Source: an uncultured Actinomycetes bacterium
GTDB lineage: Bacteria > Actinomycetota > Thermoleophilia > Gaiellales > Gaiellaceae
Assembly: GCA_963814525.1 (NCBI GenBank)
Contig: CAWFDH010000005.1
Coordinates: 88,786 to 152,785, forward strand
DNA: 64,000 nucleotides
Direction: 5' to 3'
How positions within the stretch are numbered: the stretch's first letter is position 1; the number at the start of each line of letters is the position of its first letter. The notes under the pieces are model-generated. The model was not told the origin of the DNA. It ran no database searches and saw only the letters and a list, made by a program, of their open reading frames with translations. This document shows positions 31,494-43,641 of the stretch, piece after piece. The translations under genes and the position numbers were made by a program.

Positions 31494-34421
31494 CTAGTAC
31501 CCGATGCGGACGACGCGGACCGTGACCTTGATGGTCGTGGTCTTGAATCCGGCCTTCGTCCCGCGGAAGTAGATGACGCCCTTCTTCTTCGGCTTCACCT
31601 TGACGATCACGCGGCCGTTGGCCTTCGTCTTCACCGTTCGCGGCCTTGAGGCCGGCGCCCCAGATCCGGACGGACACGCCGGGAATCGGATCGAGGCTCG
31701 TCGTCGCGATGACGGTCAGGTTGCCCGTCCGGCCGCGGACCGGGGAACCGAGCGTCCGCAGGCGCAGCGGCTGGTCGAGGCCGAACTGCTGCACCGGGCT
31801 GAAGTCGCCGACGTTCGCGTCCGCGTCCACGGCGGCGACGCGCCAGTAGAGCTTGCCGCCGTCGGTGTAGTCGCGCTGCGAGAGGAGCGGCGCGTGGTTC
31901 GTCGCCTCGGTGGTCATGTTCTCGACGAAGTTGTCGAAGTCGGGCCTCGTGGAGACCTGCACGCGGTAGTTCTTCGCGCCCATGCGCGGGTTCCAGGAGA
32001 GGACGACGTGCTCCTTGGTGACGTCGGCCGAGGCGCCGCCCGGCTCCGGGATCGTGCGCGCGAAGGCCATGAGCGTCGAGTACGGCCCGTGGACGACCGC
32101 GCCGGTGCGCGTCGGGAAGTTCGCGCGCGCCTGGAGGTGGAAGATCCCGATGCCGGTCATCTTCGTCGGCGTGAACGCATGCGTCGGCAGGTTCGAGAAG
32201 TTCCGCTCGTCGCCGTCGGCCTCCTCGGCGTGGACGTCGTAGGAGACGGCGCCGGGGACGGGCGTCCAGGCGAGCGTCGGCAGCTGTGCGCCGCTCGTCG
32301 GGTTGTCCGGATCGGGCGACGGCGCGGGCAGCTGCTTCTGGAACGTGCCGGTCGCCGACCACGTCAGGCCGACCGTCTGCGACGTGCCGTCGTCGGCATC
32401 CGCGCGGACGCGCCAGTAGATGATCGTGTCCGCCGGGTACGTGGTGTCGCTCGTGTACGCGGTCGAGTCGGTGACGATGTCGTCGATCAGGTTCGCGAAG
32501 CTCGGGTCCTGGGAGACCTGGATGCGGTAGCGGCGCGCGGCCTCGGTCGTCGTCCAGCGGAAGACGGTCGTGCCGGTCGAGATCGCGCCGGGGAGCGGGG
32601 CGACCTGGTTGGGCGGCGCCGACTGCTTGTGGAAGTTCGGGCACGACGCCGGCGAGCGGATCGGCGGAGACGCCGCTGCCGTTCGCGCCGGTCGCGGGGA
32701 GGACGGCCCAGTAGTACGACGTCAGCTCGTCCGGGTAGGTGCGCGCGGAGTTGCCGGTGCGCGGCGCGTAGGCGGGGACCCGCGTGAAGGCGTAGTCGAC
32801 GAGGTTCGTGAAGGACGGGTCGCGCGCGACGATGACGAAGTAGCTCTGCGCGCCGGGGATCGCCTTCCACGTGAAGAGCGGCATCCGGCCGATCGTGACG
32901 CCCGTGAGCGGCTCGACGTAGTCGGTCTCGCCCAGCGAGCACGGCGTGCACGGGCCCGGGAGGGAGGGCTCCACCCACGTGAACGCGGCCGTGTTGTTCG
33001 CGGGGAGGTACGTCCAGTCGCCGAGCGCCGTCGGGCCGTTCGTCGTCGAGGAGCGGTCGGACGGGCGGACGCGCACGCAGTACGTGTTGCCCGGGACCAT
33101 CGTCGGCGTGTCCGCCGAGACCGAGGCCGGGTTGGGGAACGGCTTGACGTTGTTCCAGCTCGAGCCGAGCGGCGACCACGAGGTCGTCGCGGTCGTGCTC
33201 ACCCAGTGCTCGTTCATCGAGTGCGTCCAGTTGCACGCGCCGTCCTCGAACGGCGTGACGTCGACCTGGTAGGTCGAGGCGCCGGCGACGGGATTCCAGC
33301 TGAGCACCGGCGTGCCGGTCGTCAGCGGATAGCCGACGGTACCCGGGGCGACGCCGTTGTGGGGATCGCCGAGGTTGTCGCGCAGGCGGAGGTTCTTGAC
33401 CGTGGGAGCAGTCGTCGGCGGCACGTTCGCGAAGGTCTGGGTGAACGTCGGCCCGAGGTTCCAGAGGCCGGCGTTGTCCGAGGCGTCGATCGCGCGGATG
33501 CGCCAGTAGTACGTGTTGTTGTCGAGCTGCACGAGCGGTGAGAGCGACAGCCCGAGGGTGGTCGTGTTCGAGCCGATGCGAAGCGGGGAGCAGCACACCT
33601 TCGAGCCGGGCGCGAAGTCGGAGGAGGAGTTGACCTCGACCTCGTAGCCCGCGGCGCCGGGAACGGCCGTCCAGGAGAACGACGGATCGACGATCTCGGG
33701 CGCGGGCGCGAGGTCGGTGAAGCTCGGCGTCGTGGTCGACGGCCAGGCCCAGACGAAGGACGCGGTCGTCGCGGGCGTTCCTGCGTGCCCGGCGGCGTCG
33801 AGCGGGGTGATCGACCAGTAGTAGGTGCCCGGCGCGAGCGGCGCCGAGAGCGTGAAGCTCGTCGCCGACGTCTTGACCGGGCCGTTGTCCCACACGATCG
33901 ACCCGAGCGCCGGGTCGGTCGCGAGCTTGATCTGGTACTCGCTCGCGCCGGCGACGGGCGACCACTCGAGCCTGAACGCGTCCGACGGATAGGTGAGCGT
34001 CGCGCCGTTGCGCCGGCGAGAGGAGGGACGGCTTGCCCGTCCAGGCCATCTCGAGGGTTCGCGTCGCCGTCCACGGGCCGACGGCGCCACCTGCCGTGAC
34101 GGCGCGCACGTGCCAGTAGTAGGTGCCGTTCGCGATCGACTCGTCGAGCGTCGCGCGCGTGTTGCGTGTCGTGATGTAGGCGATCGAGGAGTCGAACCCG
34201 GCGTTCGCGGCCAGCTCGAACTCGTACTTGTCCGCGCCCGCGACGGGATCCCACGCGAAGACGGGCAGCGACGAGACGGTCGCGCCCGGAGCCGGCCCGG
34301 TCGCGTTCGGCGTGGCGAGCGCGGCGCCGGCAGCCCCGATCGACGCGAGCGCGAGCACACCTGCGACACCGACGAGAACGGTGCGGCGAAGCCTGGATTT
34401 GCGGTGCGGCATGGGATCCAT
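31494..34421 (-). CDS. large secreted protein with about 9 divergent Fn3/Ig-like repeats and a basic C-terminal beta-sandwich (3 frameshifts)
   Basis: Signal peptide (RRTVLVGVAGVLALASIGAAGAALA). A repeated unit has the signature W-x-PV-x-GA-x-x-Y-x-(V/I)-x-(V/L)...YYWR(V/I). Homology follows ORF 32487..34421, then 31631..34369, then 31402..32160. A final hand-translated segment reads GKTKANGRVIVKVKPKKKGVIYFRGTKAGFKTTTIKVTVRVVRIGY-stop. Confidence 0.7.
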
Positions 34422-34600
34422 CAGTCGAGAAGCCCTGCCGCTAGGGCTCGCTGCGAGTTCCTACGTCAGAAGGTCGCCTGATCGACCGCAGGCCGCTATC
34501 CCTCTCGGGAGGGGTTGGCGGGCGGAATCCTGAGTGTTTCTGCCGTTCCGACGGCAACGAGGGGGTGTTGCATCGGCGCCGAACCGGGGATAGACAGAAG

Positions 34601-35666
34601 ATGGAAGAGCCCCACGCTGTGACGGATACCGCGAAAGACCAGGTCGAAGCGTTCCTCGCGCGCGGGGAGGAGCAGGGCTGCCTCGAGCTGACGGAGGTGA
34701 ACACGTTCGTGCAGACGCTCGAGCTGGATGACGATGCGACGGAGACGCTCTTCGAGGAGCTCGAGGCGCGTCACGTCGAGCTGCGCGACGACTGCGGGCG
34801 CAAGGGCGAGGACGCCCACTACGTGAACGGCGAGCTCGCGACGTCGACCACCGACGCGCTCCAGCTCTTCCTCAACGAGGCGGGGCGCTACCCGCTACTC
34901 ACCGCCGCCGAGGAGATCGAGCTCGCGAAGCTGATCGAGAAGGGCGACCAGGCCGCGAAGGACCGGATGGTCAACTCGAACCTGCGCCTCGTCGTCTCGA
35001 TCGCGAAGCGCTACCAGGGCCACGGCCTGTCGCTGCTCGACCTGATCCAGGAAGGGATCATCGGGCTCATCCGCGCCGTCGAGAAGTTCGACTGGCGCCG
35101 CGGGTTCAAGTTTTCGACCTACGCGACGTGGTGGATCCGCCAGGCGGTGCAGCGCGGCGTCGCCAACAAGGCGCGCACGATCCGGATTCCCGTCCACATC
35201 GTCGAGCGCGAGCAGCGCATCGGCCGCGCCGAGCGCGAGCTGGTCGTGAAGCTGGAGCGCGAGCCGACCGACGACGAGCTGGCCGAGGCCACCCGGCTTG
35301 ACGGCGGACCAGGTGCGCGAGGTGAAGCGCGCCCCGCGCTCGGTGACGAGCCTCGACAAGCCGGTCGGAGACGACGACGGCGGCTCGCTCGGCGACCTGC
35401 TCGCCGGGCACAGCGACGGGCCCGAGGAAGAGGTCAACGTGTCGCTCCGCGAGGAGGCGCTCGGCCGTGCGCTGGCCGATCTCCCGCAGCCGGAGCGCGA
35501 CGTGATCCGCATGCGCTTCGGCCTGGGCGGCGAGGAGCCGGCGTCGCTCGCCTCGATCGCGTCCCGGCTCGGGATCACGAGCGAGCGCGTCCGCGCGATG
35601 GAGCACGACGCGCTGGAGCACCTGGCGATGAGCCGCGAGCTCGAGGCGCTCGGCGAAGCGGCCTAG
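34601..35666 (+). CDS. sigma-70 family (group 1/2, RpoD-like) RNA polymerase sigma factor (one frameshift near 35300)
   Basis: Regions 1.2-2.4 ([22 protein letters not shown]...[12 protein letters not shown]...[17 protein letters not shown]...[13 protein letters not shown]...RTIRIPVH) are in ORF 34565..36142. Regions 3-4 ([11 protein letters not shown]...[24 protein letters not shown]) are in ORF 35298..35666. Confidence 0.85.
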
Positions 35667-35798
35667 CCGCCCCGCGCGGAACCGGCACGAAATCGGCACA
35701 GACGCGTGCGCCGGAAGCGGCTACCGTCGAAGGCGGGTTTGCGGGTGGAGGGAACTTCCTCCCCTCCCTGGGTGGGGGTTTCACGCGCGAGGGATGCA

Positions 35799-35812
35799 CG
35801 AACATACGTTCG
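35799..35812 (+). promoter_or_regulatory. LexA-type SOS box (CGAAC-N4-GTTCG) overlapping the radical-SAM promoter
   Basis: CGAACATACGTTCG is immediately followed by a -10-like TATGCT (35814-35819). That hexamer lies only 6 nt before GTG 35826, which implies a leaderless mRNA. Confidence 0.55.
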
Positions 35813-35825
35813 CTATGCTTGAAGC

Positions 35826-36729
35826 GTGAAGGCGACGTACCTCGAGGACACCTGCAAGTCGGCGCTGAACCGCGTGCCCGACGCCGCCCGCGTGCCGTAC
35901 CGCTGGACGATCAACCCGTACCGCGGCTGCACGCACGCCTGCCACTACTGCTTCGCGCGCGCCTTCCACAGTTACCTCGACCTGGGCGTCGGCGAGGACT
36001 TCTCGACCAAGATCGTGGTCAAGACGAACCTCGTCGAGGTGCTCCGCCGCGAGCTCGCGGCGCCGAAATGGACGGGCGAGCCGATCGCCATGGGCACCGC
36101 GACCGACCCGTACCAGCAGTGCGAGGGGCGCTATCCGCCTGACGCGCGGCGTGCTCGAGACGCTCATCGACGCACGCAACCCGCTCTCGATGCTGACCAA
36201 GTCCACGCTCGTCATGCGTGACCTCGATCTCTTCACGCGCCTGGCGGAGGTGGCCGACGTCAGCCTCGCGATGAGCGTCGGCACGCTCGACGAGGAGGTC
36301 CGCCGCGTGGTCGAGCCGGGAACGCCGCCGGCACGCAAGCGCCTCGAGATCCTCGCGCGCTTCGCCGACGCTGGGATCCGCACCGGCGTGCTCGTCGCGC
36401 CGATCCTCCCGGGTCTCACCGACGACGACGCGCACCTGGAGGAGACCCTCGCCGCGGTCGCCGAGGCCGGCGTGCAGTGGGCGGTCGGGATCCCGCTGCA
36501 CATCCGGCCGGGGATCCGCGCGCACTTCGATCCGTGGGTGCGCGAGACGTATCCGCTGCTCGCCGCCCGCTACCGCCAGCTCTACGGCCCGCGGGCGTAC
36601 GCGCCCCGCGCGTACACGGAGGAGCTGAACGCGCGGTTCGCCGAGCTGCGCGCCAAGTACGGCCTCGGAAGCGGCACGCGGTTCGAGCCGCGGCCCGCGC
36701 CGTCGAACCAGCTCGCGCTCGCCGTCTAG
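35826..36729 (+). CDS. radical SAM protein, Rv2578c/SplB-like (one frameshift near 36140)
   Basis: The CTHACHYC (CxxxCxxC) cluster motif is in ORF 35826..36221. The remainder of the barrel is in ORF 36151..36729. Confidence 0.8.
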
Positions 36730-36956
36730 AGCGTCCGCGAGGACCAGAGGAACGCGGCGAGGAGCACCGTCGACACGGAGACGACGAGTCCGATGATCCA
36801 GCCCCGCACGTCCTGCCAGCCGAGCAGCGCACCTAGGACGACCCCGATCCCGATGATCCCGCCGGTCGCGACCGCGCGCATCGTGTACGACTCGAACCGG
36901 CGGCGCACCGAGCGGTTGGGCAGGAACGATTCCGGCTCCTGCTTCGGCGTCTCCAT
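36726..36956 (-). CDS. small two-TM membrane protein, function unknown
   Basis: 76-aa ORF with two hydrophobic helices (AVATGGIIGIGVVLGALLGW, WIIGLVVSVSTVLLAAFLW). It starts 9 nt after the GH1 gene stop. Confidence 0.45.
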   Translation of the reverse strand: METPKQEPESFLPNRSVRRRFESYTMRAVATGGIIGIGVVLGALLGWQDVRGWIIGLVVSVSTVLLAAFLWSSRTL

Positions 36957-36965
36957 GCCGGAAGT

Positions 36966-38407
<1,442 letters not shown>

Positions 38408-38411
<4 letters not shown>

Positions 38412-39278
38412 CCCTTGACCGCGCCTTCCATGATCCCGCCGACGATCTGCCGGCCGAGCAGGACGAAGACGATCAGCACGGGCACGGTGCCGACGAGCGT
38501 CGCCGCCATGATCACCGAGTGGTCCGGGACGTAGCCGTTCCCGATCGAGTTGAGCGCCACCTGCACGGTCGGGTTCGAGCTGGTCAGCGCGATGATCGGC
38601 CAGAAGAAGTCGTTCCAGGCCATGAGGAACGTGATCATCCCGAGCACCGCCATCGCCGGCCGCGCGGCCGGAAGGACGATCGAGCGGAAGATCCGGAAGG
38701 TGGACGCGCCGTCGATCGCGGCCGCCTCGAGCAGCTCCGTCGGGATCGCCGACACGAGGTACTGGCGCATGAACACGACCCCGAAGGCGCTCACGAGCGT
38801 GGGGAAGATCACCGCCTGGAGGTGGTTCACCCACTCGAGCTTCGCCATCAGCATGAACAGCGGGATGACGCCGAGCTGGGACGGCACCATCATCGTCGCG
38901 ACCACGAGGATGAGCAGGAACGAGCTGAAGCGGAACGAGAGCTTCGCGAACGCGAACCCGGCGAGCGTGCAGAAGAGCACGGTGCCGAGGGCGATGGCGC
39001 CCGAGACGATCACCGAGTTCAGGAGCGCCTTCACCATGTCCACCTGGTCGAGGGCGGCGTTGATGTTCTTCCAGAGGTGCGGCCCGGGGTAGAGCGGCGG
39101 CGGCGACTTGGCGATGTCGGAGTTCGTCCGCGACGCGGCGACCACCGTCCAGTAGAGCGGGAAGAGCGCGACGAGCGCCGTGATGATCAGGAACAGGTAG
39201 GCGAGCGGGCCGACGCCTCCGCGACGGCGTCTGAGCCCCCGGGGCTTCGGCGCGGCCCGATGCGGTCGTCGTGCTCAT
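38408..39278 (-). CDS. carbohydrate ABC transporter permease, MalG-like (one frameshift near 39215)
   Basis: ORF 38408..39145 carries the EAA loop region ([21 protein letters not shown]). The N-terminus [14 protein letters not shown]... starts at ATG 39278 in another frame. It has ATGA overlaps with both neighbours. Confidence 0.85.
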
Positions 39279-40297
39279 GCCTCCCTCGTCCTTCTCCGCG
39301 CGCGCGGAGTGAGCTTGCCCCAGCCTTTCGAGGCGAGGAACGCGTTGATCGCGACGATGACCATGATGATCAGGAACATCGTCCAGGCCGTCGCCGCCGC
39401 GCGGCCGAGCTGGAAGTTGAACCAGCCCTGGTCGTAGAGCAGCACGCCGAGCGTCTGGTACTGGTGGTCGGCGCCGCCGAGATGGCCGCTGATGCCGCCG
39501 AAGAGGAGCGGCTCGCCGAAGAGCTGCATGGCGCCGATCGTCGAGATGACGATCGTGAAGACGATCGTCGGCCAGATGCCCGGGACGGTGACGTGCCGGA
39601 ACTGCTGCCAGCGGCTCGCGCCGTCCACCTCGGCCTGCTCGTAGAGCTCCTTGGGGATCGCCTGCATCGAGGCGAGGTAGATGAGCGCGTTGTAGCCGGT
39701 CCAGCGCCAGGTCACGATCGCCGCGATGGCGATCTGCGACGACCAGCGCCCGCTCTCCCAGTCGACACTGTCGAACCCGACGAGACCGAGCCCGTAGTTG
39801 ATGATCCCGAAGTCGCGGCCGAAGAGCTGCGCGAACACGATCGTCGCCGCGGCGACCGAGGTCGCGTACGGCATGAGCATCGTGATCCGGAAGAACGTGA
39901 GCCCGCGAAGCTTGTAGTTCAGGAGATGGGCGAGCCCGAGCGCCATGAGGAGCTGCGGCACGGTCGCGATGAACCCGATCGTGAACGTGTTGAGGAGCGC
40001 GCGCCAGAACTGGTCGTCGCCCAACAGGCGCCGGTAGTTGTCGAGGCCGACCCATTGCGAGTTGTCGACCGCCGTGAGCTGCACGCTGTGGAGCGAGACC
40101 CAGCCCGTGTAGACGAGCGGGAAGAGTCCGAAGGCGAAGAAGAGGATGAAGAACGGCGCGATGTACGCGTAGGGCGAGAAGGTCGCGTCGATCCCGCGGA
40201 CGCGCATCCTGCCGAAGCGCGACTTCGGGCCGGTCGCCGGCGACAGTGTCGCCGCCCCGCCGGTGCCACCTCTGCTGGGTTCCACGATGCCCATCAT
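39275..40297 (-). CDS. carbohydrate ABC transporter permease, MalF-like
   Basis: Intact 340-aa ORF with six TM segments and an EAA loop ([20 protein letters not shown]). Confidence 0.88.
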   Translation of the reverse strand: MMGIVEPSRGGTGGAATLSPATGPKSRFGRMRVRGIDATFSPYAYIAPFFILFFAFGLFPLVYTGWVSLHSVQLTAVDNSQWVGLDNYRRLLGDDQFWRALLNTFTIGFIATVPQLLMALGLAHLLNYKLRGLTFFRITMLMPYATSVAAATIVFAQLFGRDFGIINYGLGLVGFDSVDWESGRWSSQIAIAAIVTWRWTGYNALIYLASMQAIPKELYEQAEVDGASRWQQFRHVTVPGIWPTIVFTIVISTIGAMQLFGEPLLFGGISGHLGGADHQYQTLGVLLYDQGWFNFQLGRAAATAWTMFLIIMVIVAINAFLASKGWGKLTPRARRRTREA

Positions 40298-40370
40298 CGT
40301 TCAACGCCGTCCGCACCGGGCGCCCGCTGTCCCTGCGGGCGCCCAGCACGGTTGCACGGCGTCGGAGGAG

Positions 40371-41702
40371 CTACTCGATCGCGTTGGAGATGTCGTCGAG
40401 CGTCTTCTGCCAGGCCTCATCCGAGTCCTGGCCTTGCTGTTCCACAAGGAGAAGTCCGTTCGAGAACGTGTCCTTGATCGTCCCATCCTTCGGTCCGAGG
40501 ACCGCGATGGGCAGATCGTCGGCCGACTGCTTGAAGAGCTCCCCGATCGGCGACCCCGAGAAGTAGTCGTCGGTCGCCGTCTCCACGTCCGGATCCGCTG
40601 CTGCGGTCGAGCTGGACGGGAAGTGCTGTGCGGTGGTCCACATCTTGATCTGCTGCTCGGGAGCGGTGAGCCACTTGATCAGCTCGTACGCCGCGGCCTG
40701 GTTCTCGCTCGCTGCCGGAATCGACAGGTACGAGCCGCCCCAGTTGCCGCCGTCGCCCGGAATCGAGGCGACGCCCCACTTGCCGGAGCCCTCGTCGCCG
40801 GCCTGGCCCTTGATGTAGCCGATCATCCAGGCGGGGCAGGCGATCGTCGCGAAGGCGCCGTTCGCAAACGCAGCGTTCCAGTCCGTGTCGAACTGCTTGA
40901 GCTTCGCCGTGAGGCCGTCCTGCGAGGCCTCGACCGCGGTGTCCCAGGCTTCCCGCACGGCCGGGTTCGTCTCGTAGATCGTGTTGCCTTCCTCGTCGTA
41001 GTACTGCGACTCGGACTGGCCGATGACGGCGTTGTAGAGGCCGCCGGCCGAGTCCATGAACGCGGCGCCGCCCTTGGCCTTGGACACGTAGTCGCGCCCG
41101 AAGTCGAGGAACGAGTCCCACGTCTCCCACTCGGCCGAGAGCGTCTCGCTGTCGCTCGGAAGGCCTGCCGCCTCGAAGAGGTCGGCGCGGTAGCAGATGG
41201 CGAGCGGGCCGGTGTCCGTCCCGAGCCCGAGCGTCTTGCCGTCGGCGGTCGTGGCCGCGCCCCACTTCCACTCGAAGAAGTCGTCCTTCATCTCGTCGGC
41301 CCCGAGGGTGTTCAGGTCGACCCACTTGTCGCCCTGGAGGGAGGTCACCTCGGCGATGCGGCCGACCTCGATGCCCTGGATGTCGGCGAGACCCGAGTTC
41401 GCCGCGAGATGGGTCTGGAGCGCCTGGTAGTACTCGCCCTCCTGCTCCACGCTCGTCTCGACGATCTTCACGTTCGGGTGATCCGCCATGTACTCGTCGT
41501 AGAGGCCCGCTTCCTTGTAGCCGAACGTTCCGAAGAGGCCGACGTTCAGGGTCACCGGCTCGTCGCTCGCGGTGGCGGCAGCGTTCGTGTTCGAGTCGTC
41601 GCCTCCGCCGCAACCGACGGCGAGCGCACCGAACGCCAAGGCTGCGGCCAGAAACGCTGTGACGCGCCGAAGCGTCGAGGTCGTGGTGCGGTGGTTCAGC
41701 AT
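40371..41702 (-). CDS. ABC transporter sugar-binding lipoprotein (family 1 solute-binding protein)
   Basis: Intact 443-aa ORF with a lipobox (LAVGCGGGDD). It heads the permease-permease-GH1 operon. Confidence 0.88.
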   Translation of the reverse strand: MLNHRTTTSTLRRVTAFLAAALAFGALAVGCGGGDDSNTNAAATASDEPVTLNVGLFGTFGYKEAGLYDEYMADHPNVKIVETSVEQEGEYYQALQTHLAANSGLADIQGIEVGRIAEVTSLQGDKWVDLNTLGADEMKDDFFEWKWGAATTADGKTLGLGTDTGPLAICYRADLFEAAGLPSDSETLSAEWETWDSFLDFGRDYVSKAKGGAAFMDSAGGLYNAVIGQSESQYYDEEGNTIYETNPAVREAWDTAVEASQDGLTAKLKQFDTDWNAAFANGAFATIACPAWMIGYIKGQAGDEGSGKWGVASIPGDGGNWGGSYLSIPAASENQAAAYELIKWLTAPEQQIKMWTTAQHFPSSSTAAADPDVETATDDYFSGSPIGELFKQSADDLPIAVLGPKDGTIKDTFSNGLLLVEQQGQDSDEAWQKTLDDISNAIE

Positions 41703-41746
41703 GCGATTCCTCCTATGAATCCGGGTTCGGCCGGCTGGGGGCCGTG

Positions 41747-41791
41747 ATGTACGCTTGCATGTAAGCGCTTACATCCATGAGAGCGCTTACA
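41747..41791. promoter_or_regulatory. three tandem LacI-family operator-like palindromes between the divergent binding-protein and lacI-type genes
   Basis: A perfect 14-bp palindrome TGTAAGCGCTTACA (41760-41773) is flanked by ATGTACGCTTGCAT (41747-41760) and TGAGAGCGCTTACA (41778-41791). They lie in the only AT-rich stretch of this intergenic region. Confidence 0.55.
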
Positions 41792-41808
41792 ATACAATGG
41801 GAGTCGGA

Positions 41809-42843
41809 ATGAGTAAAGGACCAATTTCATCTACGCGGATTCCGCCCACCTTGGATGAGGTGGCGCACCTCGCCGGGGTGTCCCGCGCGACCGCCTCTCG
41901 CGTCGTGAACGGCTCGACGCTCGTGACGCCGGCGACCCGCAAGGCGGTCGAGAAGTCGATCCGCAAGCTCGGCTACGTGCCGAACCGTGCGGCGCGCGCG
42001 CTCGTGACCAAGCGCACCGACACGATCGCGCTCGTCGTCTCCGAGCCCGAGGTACGCGTCTTCGCCGACCCGTTCTTCCGCACGATCGTCCGCGGCGTGT
42101 CCAGCTCGATCCAGGACACCGACCTCCAGCTCCTGCTCCTCTTCGCCCAGGGCACGCGCGAGCAGGAGAAGGTCGAGCGCTACCTGAAGCAGGGTCACGT
42201 CGACGGCGCGGTGCTCATGTCGCTGCACGGCGAGGACCCGCTCCCGGCGGCGCTCACCGGCGCGCGCATCCCGACGGTGCTGAGCGGCCGCCCGCGCCCG
42301 GGCGAGCGGCTCCCGTACGTGGACGCGGACAATCGCGGCGGCGCGCACGCGGCGACCGCGCATCTGATCGCCTCCGGCCGCAAGGCGATCGCGACGGTCA
42401 CCGGGCCGCTGGACATGATGGCCGGCGTCGACCGGCTCGACGGCTACAAGGACGCGCTCGCCGAGGCCGGCGTGCCGCTCCGCAAGAACCTGATCGCGTA
42501 CGGCGACTTCTCGGAGGAGGGCGGCGCGGCCGCGACGGCGCAGCTCCTGAAGAAGCGGCCGGACGTGGATGCGATCTTCGTGGCCTCCGACCCGATGGCG
42601 TTCGGCGCGCTGCACACGCTCCGCGCAGCCGGCCGTCGTGTTCCCGACGACGTGGCCGTGGTCGGCTTCGACGATGTCGTCGACGCCGCGTTCACGGATC
42701 CGCCGCTCACGACGGTGCGCCAGCCGCTCGAGGAGATGACGCGGTCGCTCACCCAGCTCCTTCTCCGGCGCATGGAGGGCTTCGCCACGGACGACGACTT
42801 CGTCGTGTGCGACACGGAGCTCATCGTGCGCGAGTCCGCCTAG
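41809..42843 (+). CDS. LacI family transcriptional regulator (CebR-like)
   Basis: From ATG 41809: an HTH (TLDEVAHLAGVSRATASRVVNG) plus a periplasmic-binding-fold effector domain. The track ORF starts earlier, at 41755. Confidence 0.88.
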   Translation: MSKGPISSTRIPPTLDEVAHLAGVSRATASRVVNGSTLVTPATRKAVEKSIRKLGYVPNRAARALVTKRTDTIALVVSEPEVRVFADPFFRTIVRGVSSSIQDTDLQLLLLFAQGTREQEKVERYLKQGHVDGAVLMSLHGEDPLPAALTGARIPTVLSGRPRPGERLPYVDADNRGGAHAATAHLIASGRKAIATVTGPLDMMAGVDRLDGYKDALAEAGVPLRKNLIAYGDFSEEGGAAATAQLLKKRPDVDAIFVASDPMAFGALHTLRAAGRRVPDDVAVVGFDDVVDAAFTDPPLTTVRQPLEEMTRSLTQLLLRRMEGFATDDDFVVCDTELIVRESA

Positions 42844-43625
42844 GCGGTTCCGGCGACGGCCCAGGCCCGGGCCGTCAGCTCGAACGGGCCGTCGCCGACG
42901 CCGAGCAGGCGCTCGTACGCGTCGTGGAGCGCCTTCTGGCCGTCCGCGTCGAGCGCCTTCGTGAACGCGCCGGCGGGCGCGATCCCGGTCGGGAGCGGCT
43001 CCCAGAGCTCTTCGAAGTCCCTGTACTCGGCCCTCGCGGTGAGTTCCGCCGTGCGCACGTCATCGAGCCCGGCCTCGCGCCAGAGATCGGCGAGCTCGTC
43101 CTCGGAGCAGTGCTTCATGTTCGCGCCTTCGTCCGCGGCTGCCCCGCCCTCGGGATCGACCTCGCGCGCCGCTTCCCAGAAGGTGCGGATCGAGGTCATG
43201 CCGTCCGCGTAGTCCCAGACGCACGACGCGACCGTGCCGCCCGGCTTGGCGACGCGCGCCATCTCGCGCACGCCCGCCTCGGCGTCGGCCATGAAGTTGA
43301 CGACGAGCTGGGACAGGACAACGTCGACCCGGTCGTCCATGAACGGGAGCTTCTCGGCGGGGGCGACGCGGATCTCGACGCCGGGGAGCCTCGCGCGGGC
43401 GGCTTCGACGAACGGCTCGGACGGATCGACCGCGGCCACGCTGTCCACGCCGAGCAGCTCGACGAGCGCGGACGTGAGCGCGCCGGGCCCACAGCCGACG
43501 TCGAGCGCGAGCGTTCCCGGCTTCACGCCGGCGAACGCGATCAGCTCGGCCGAGAGCGAGGGCCCGTAGCGGCCGACCCAGCGGTCGTAGGCGTCCGCGG
43601 AGGCGAAGAACGACGTTCCCGGCAT
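42840..43625 (-). CDS. class I SAM-dependent methyltransferase
   Basis: Intact 261-aa ORF with motif I LDVGCGPG and a post-I acidic residue. Confidence 0.8.
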   Translation of the reverse strand: MPGTSFFASADAYDRWVGRYGPSLSAELIAFAGVKPGTLALDVGCGPGALTSALVELLGVDSVAAVDPSEPFVEAARARLPGVEIRVAPAEKLPFMDDRVDVVLSQLVVNFMADAEAGVREMARVAKPGGTVASCVWDYADGMTSIRTFWEAAREVDPEGGAAADEGANMKHCSEDELADLWREAGLDDVRTAELTARAEYRDFEELWEPLPTGIAPAGAFTKALDADGQKALHDAYERLLGVGDGPFELTARAWAVAGTA

Positions 43626-43641
43626 CGGTCGCCTCCCGGCG

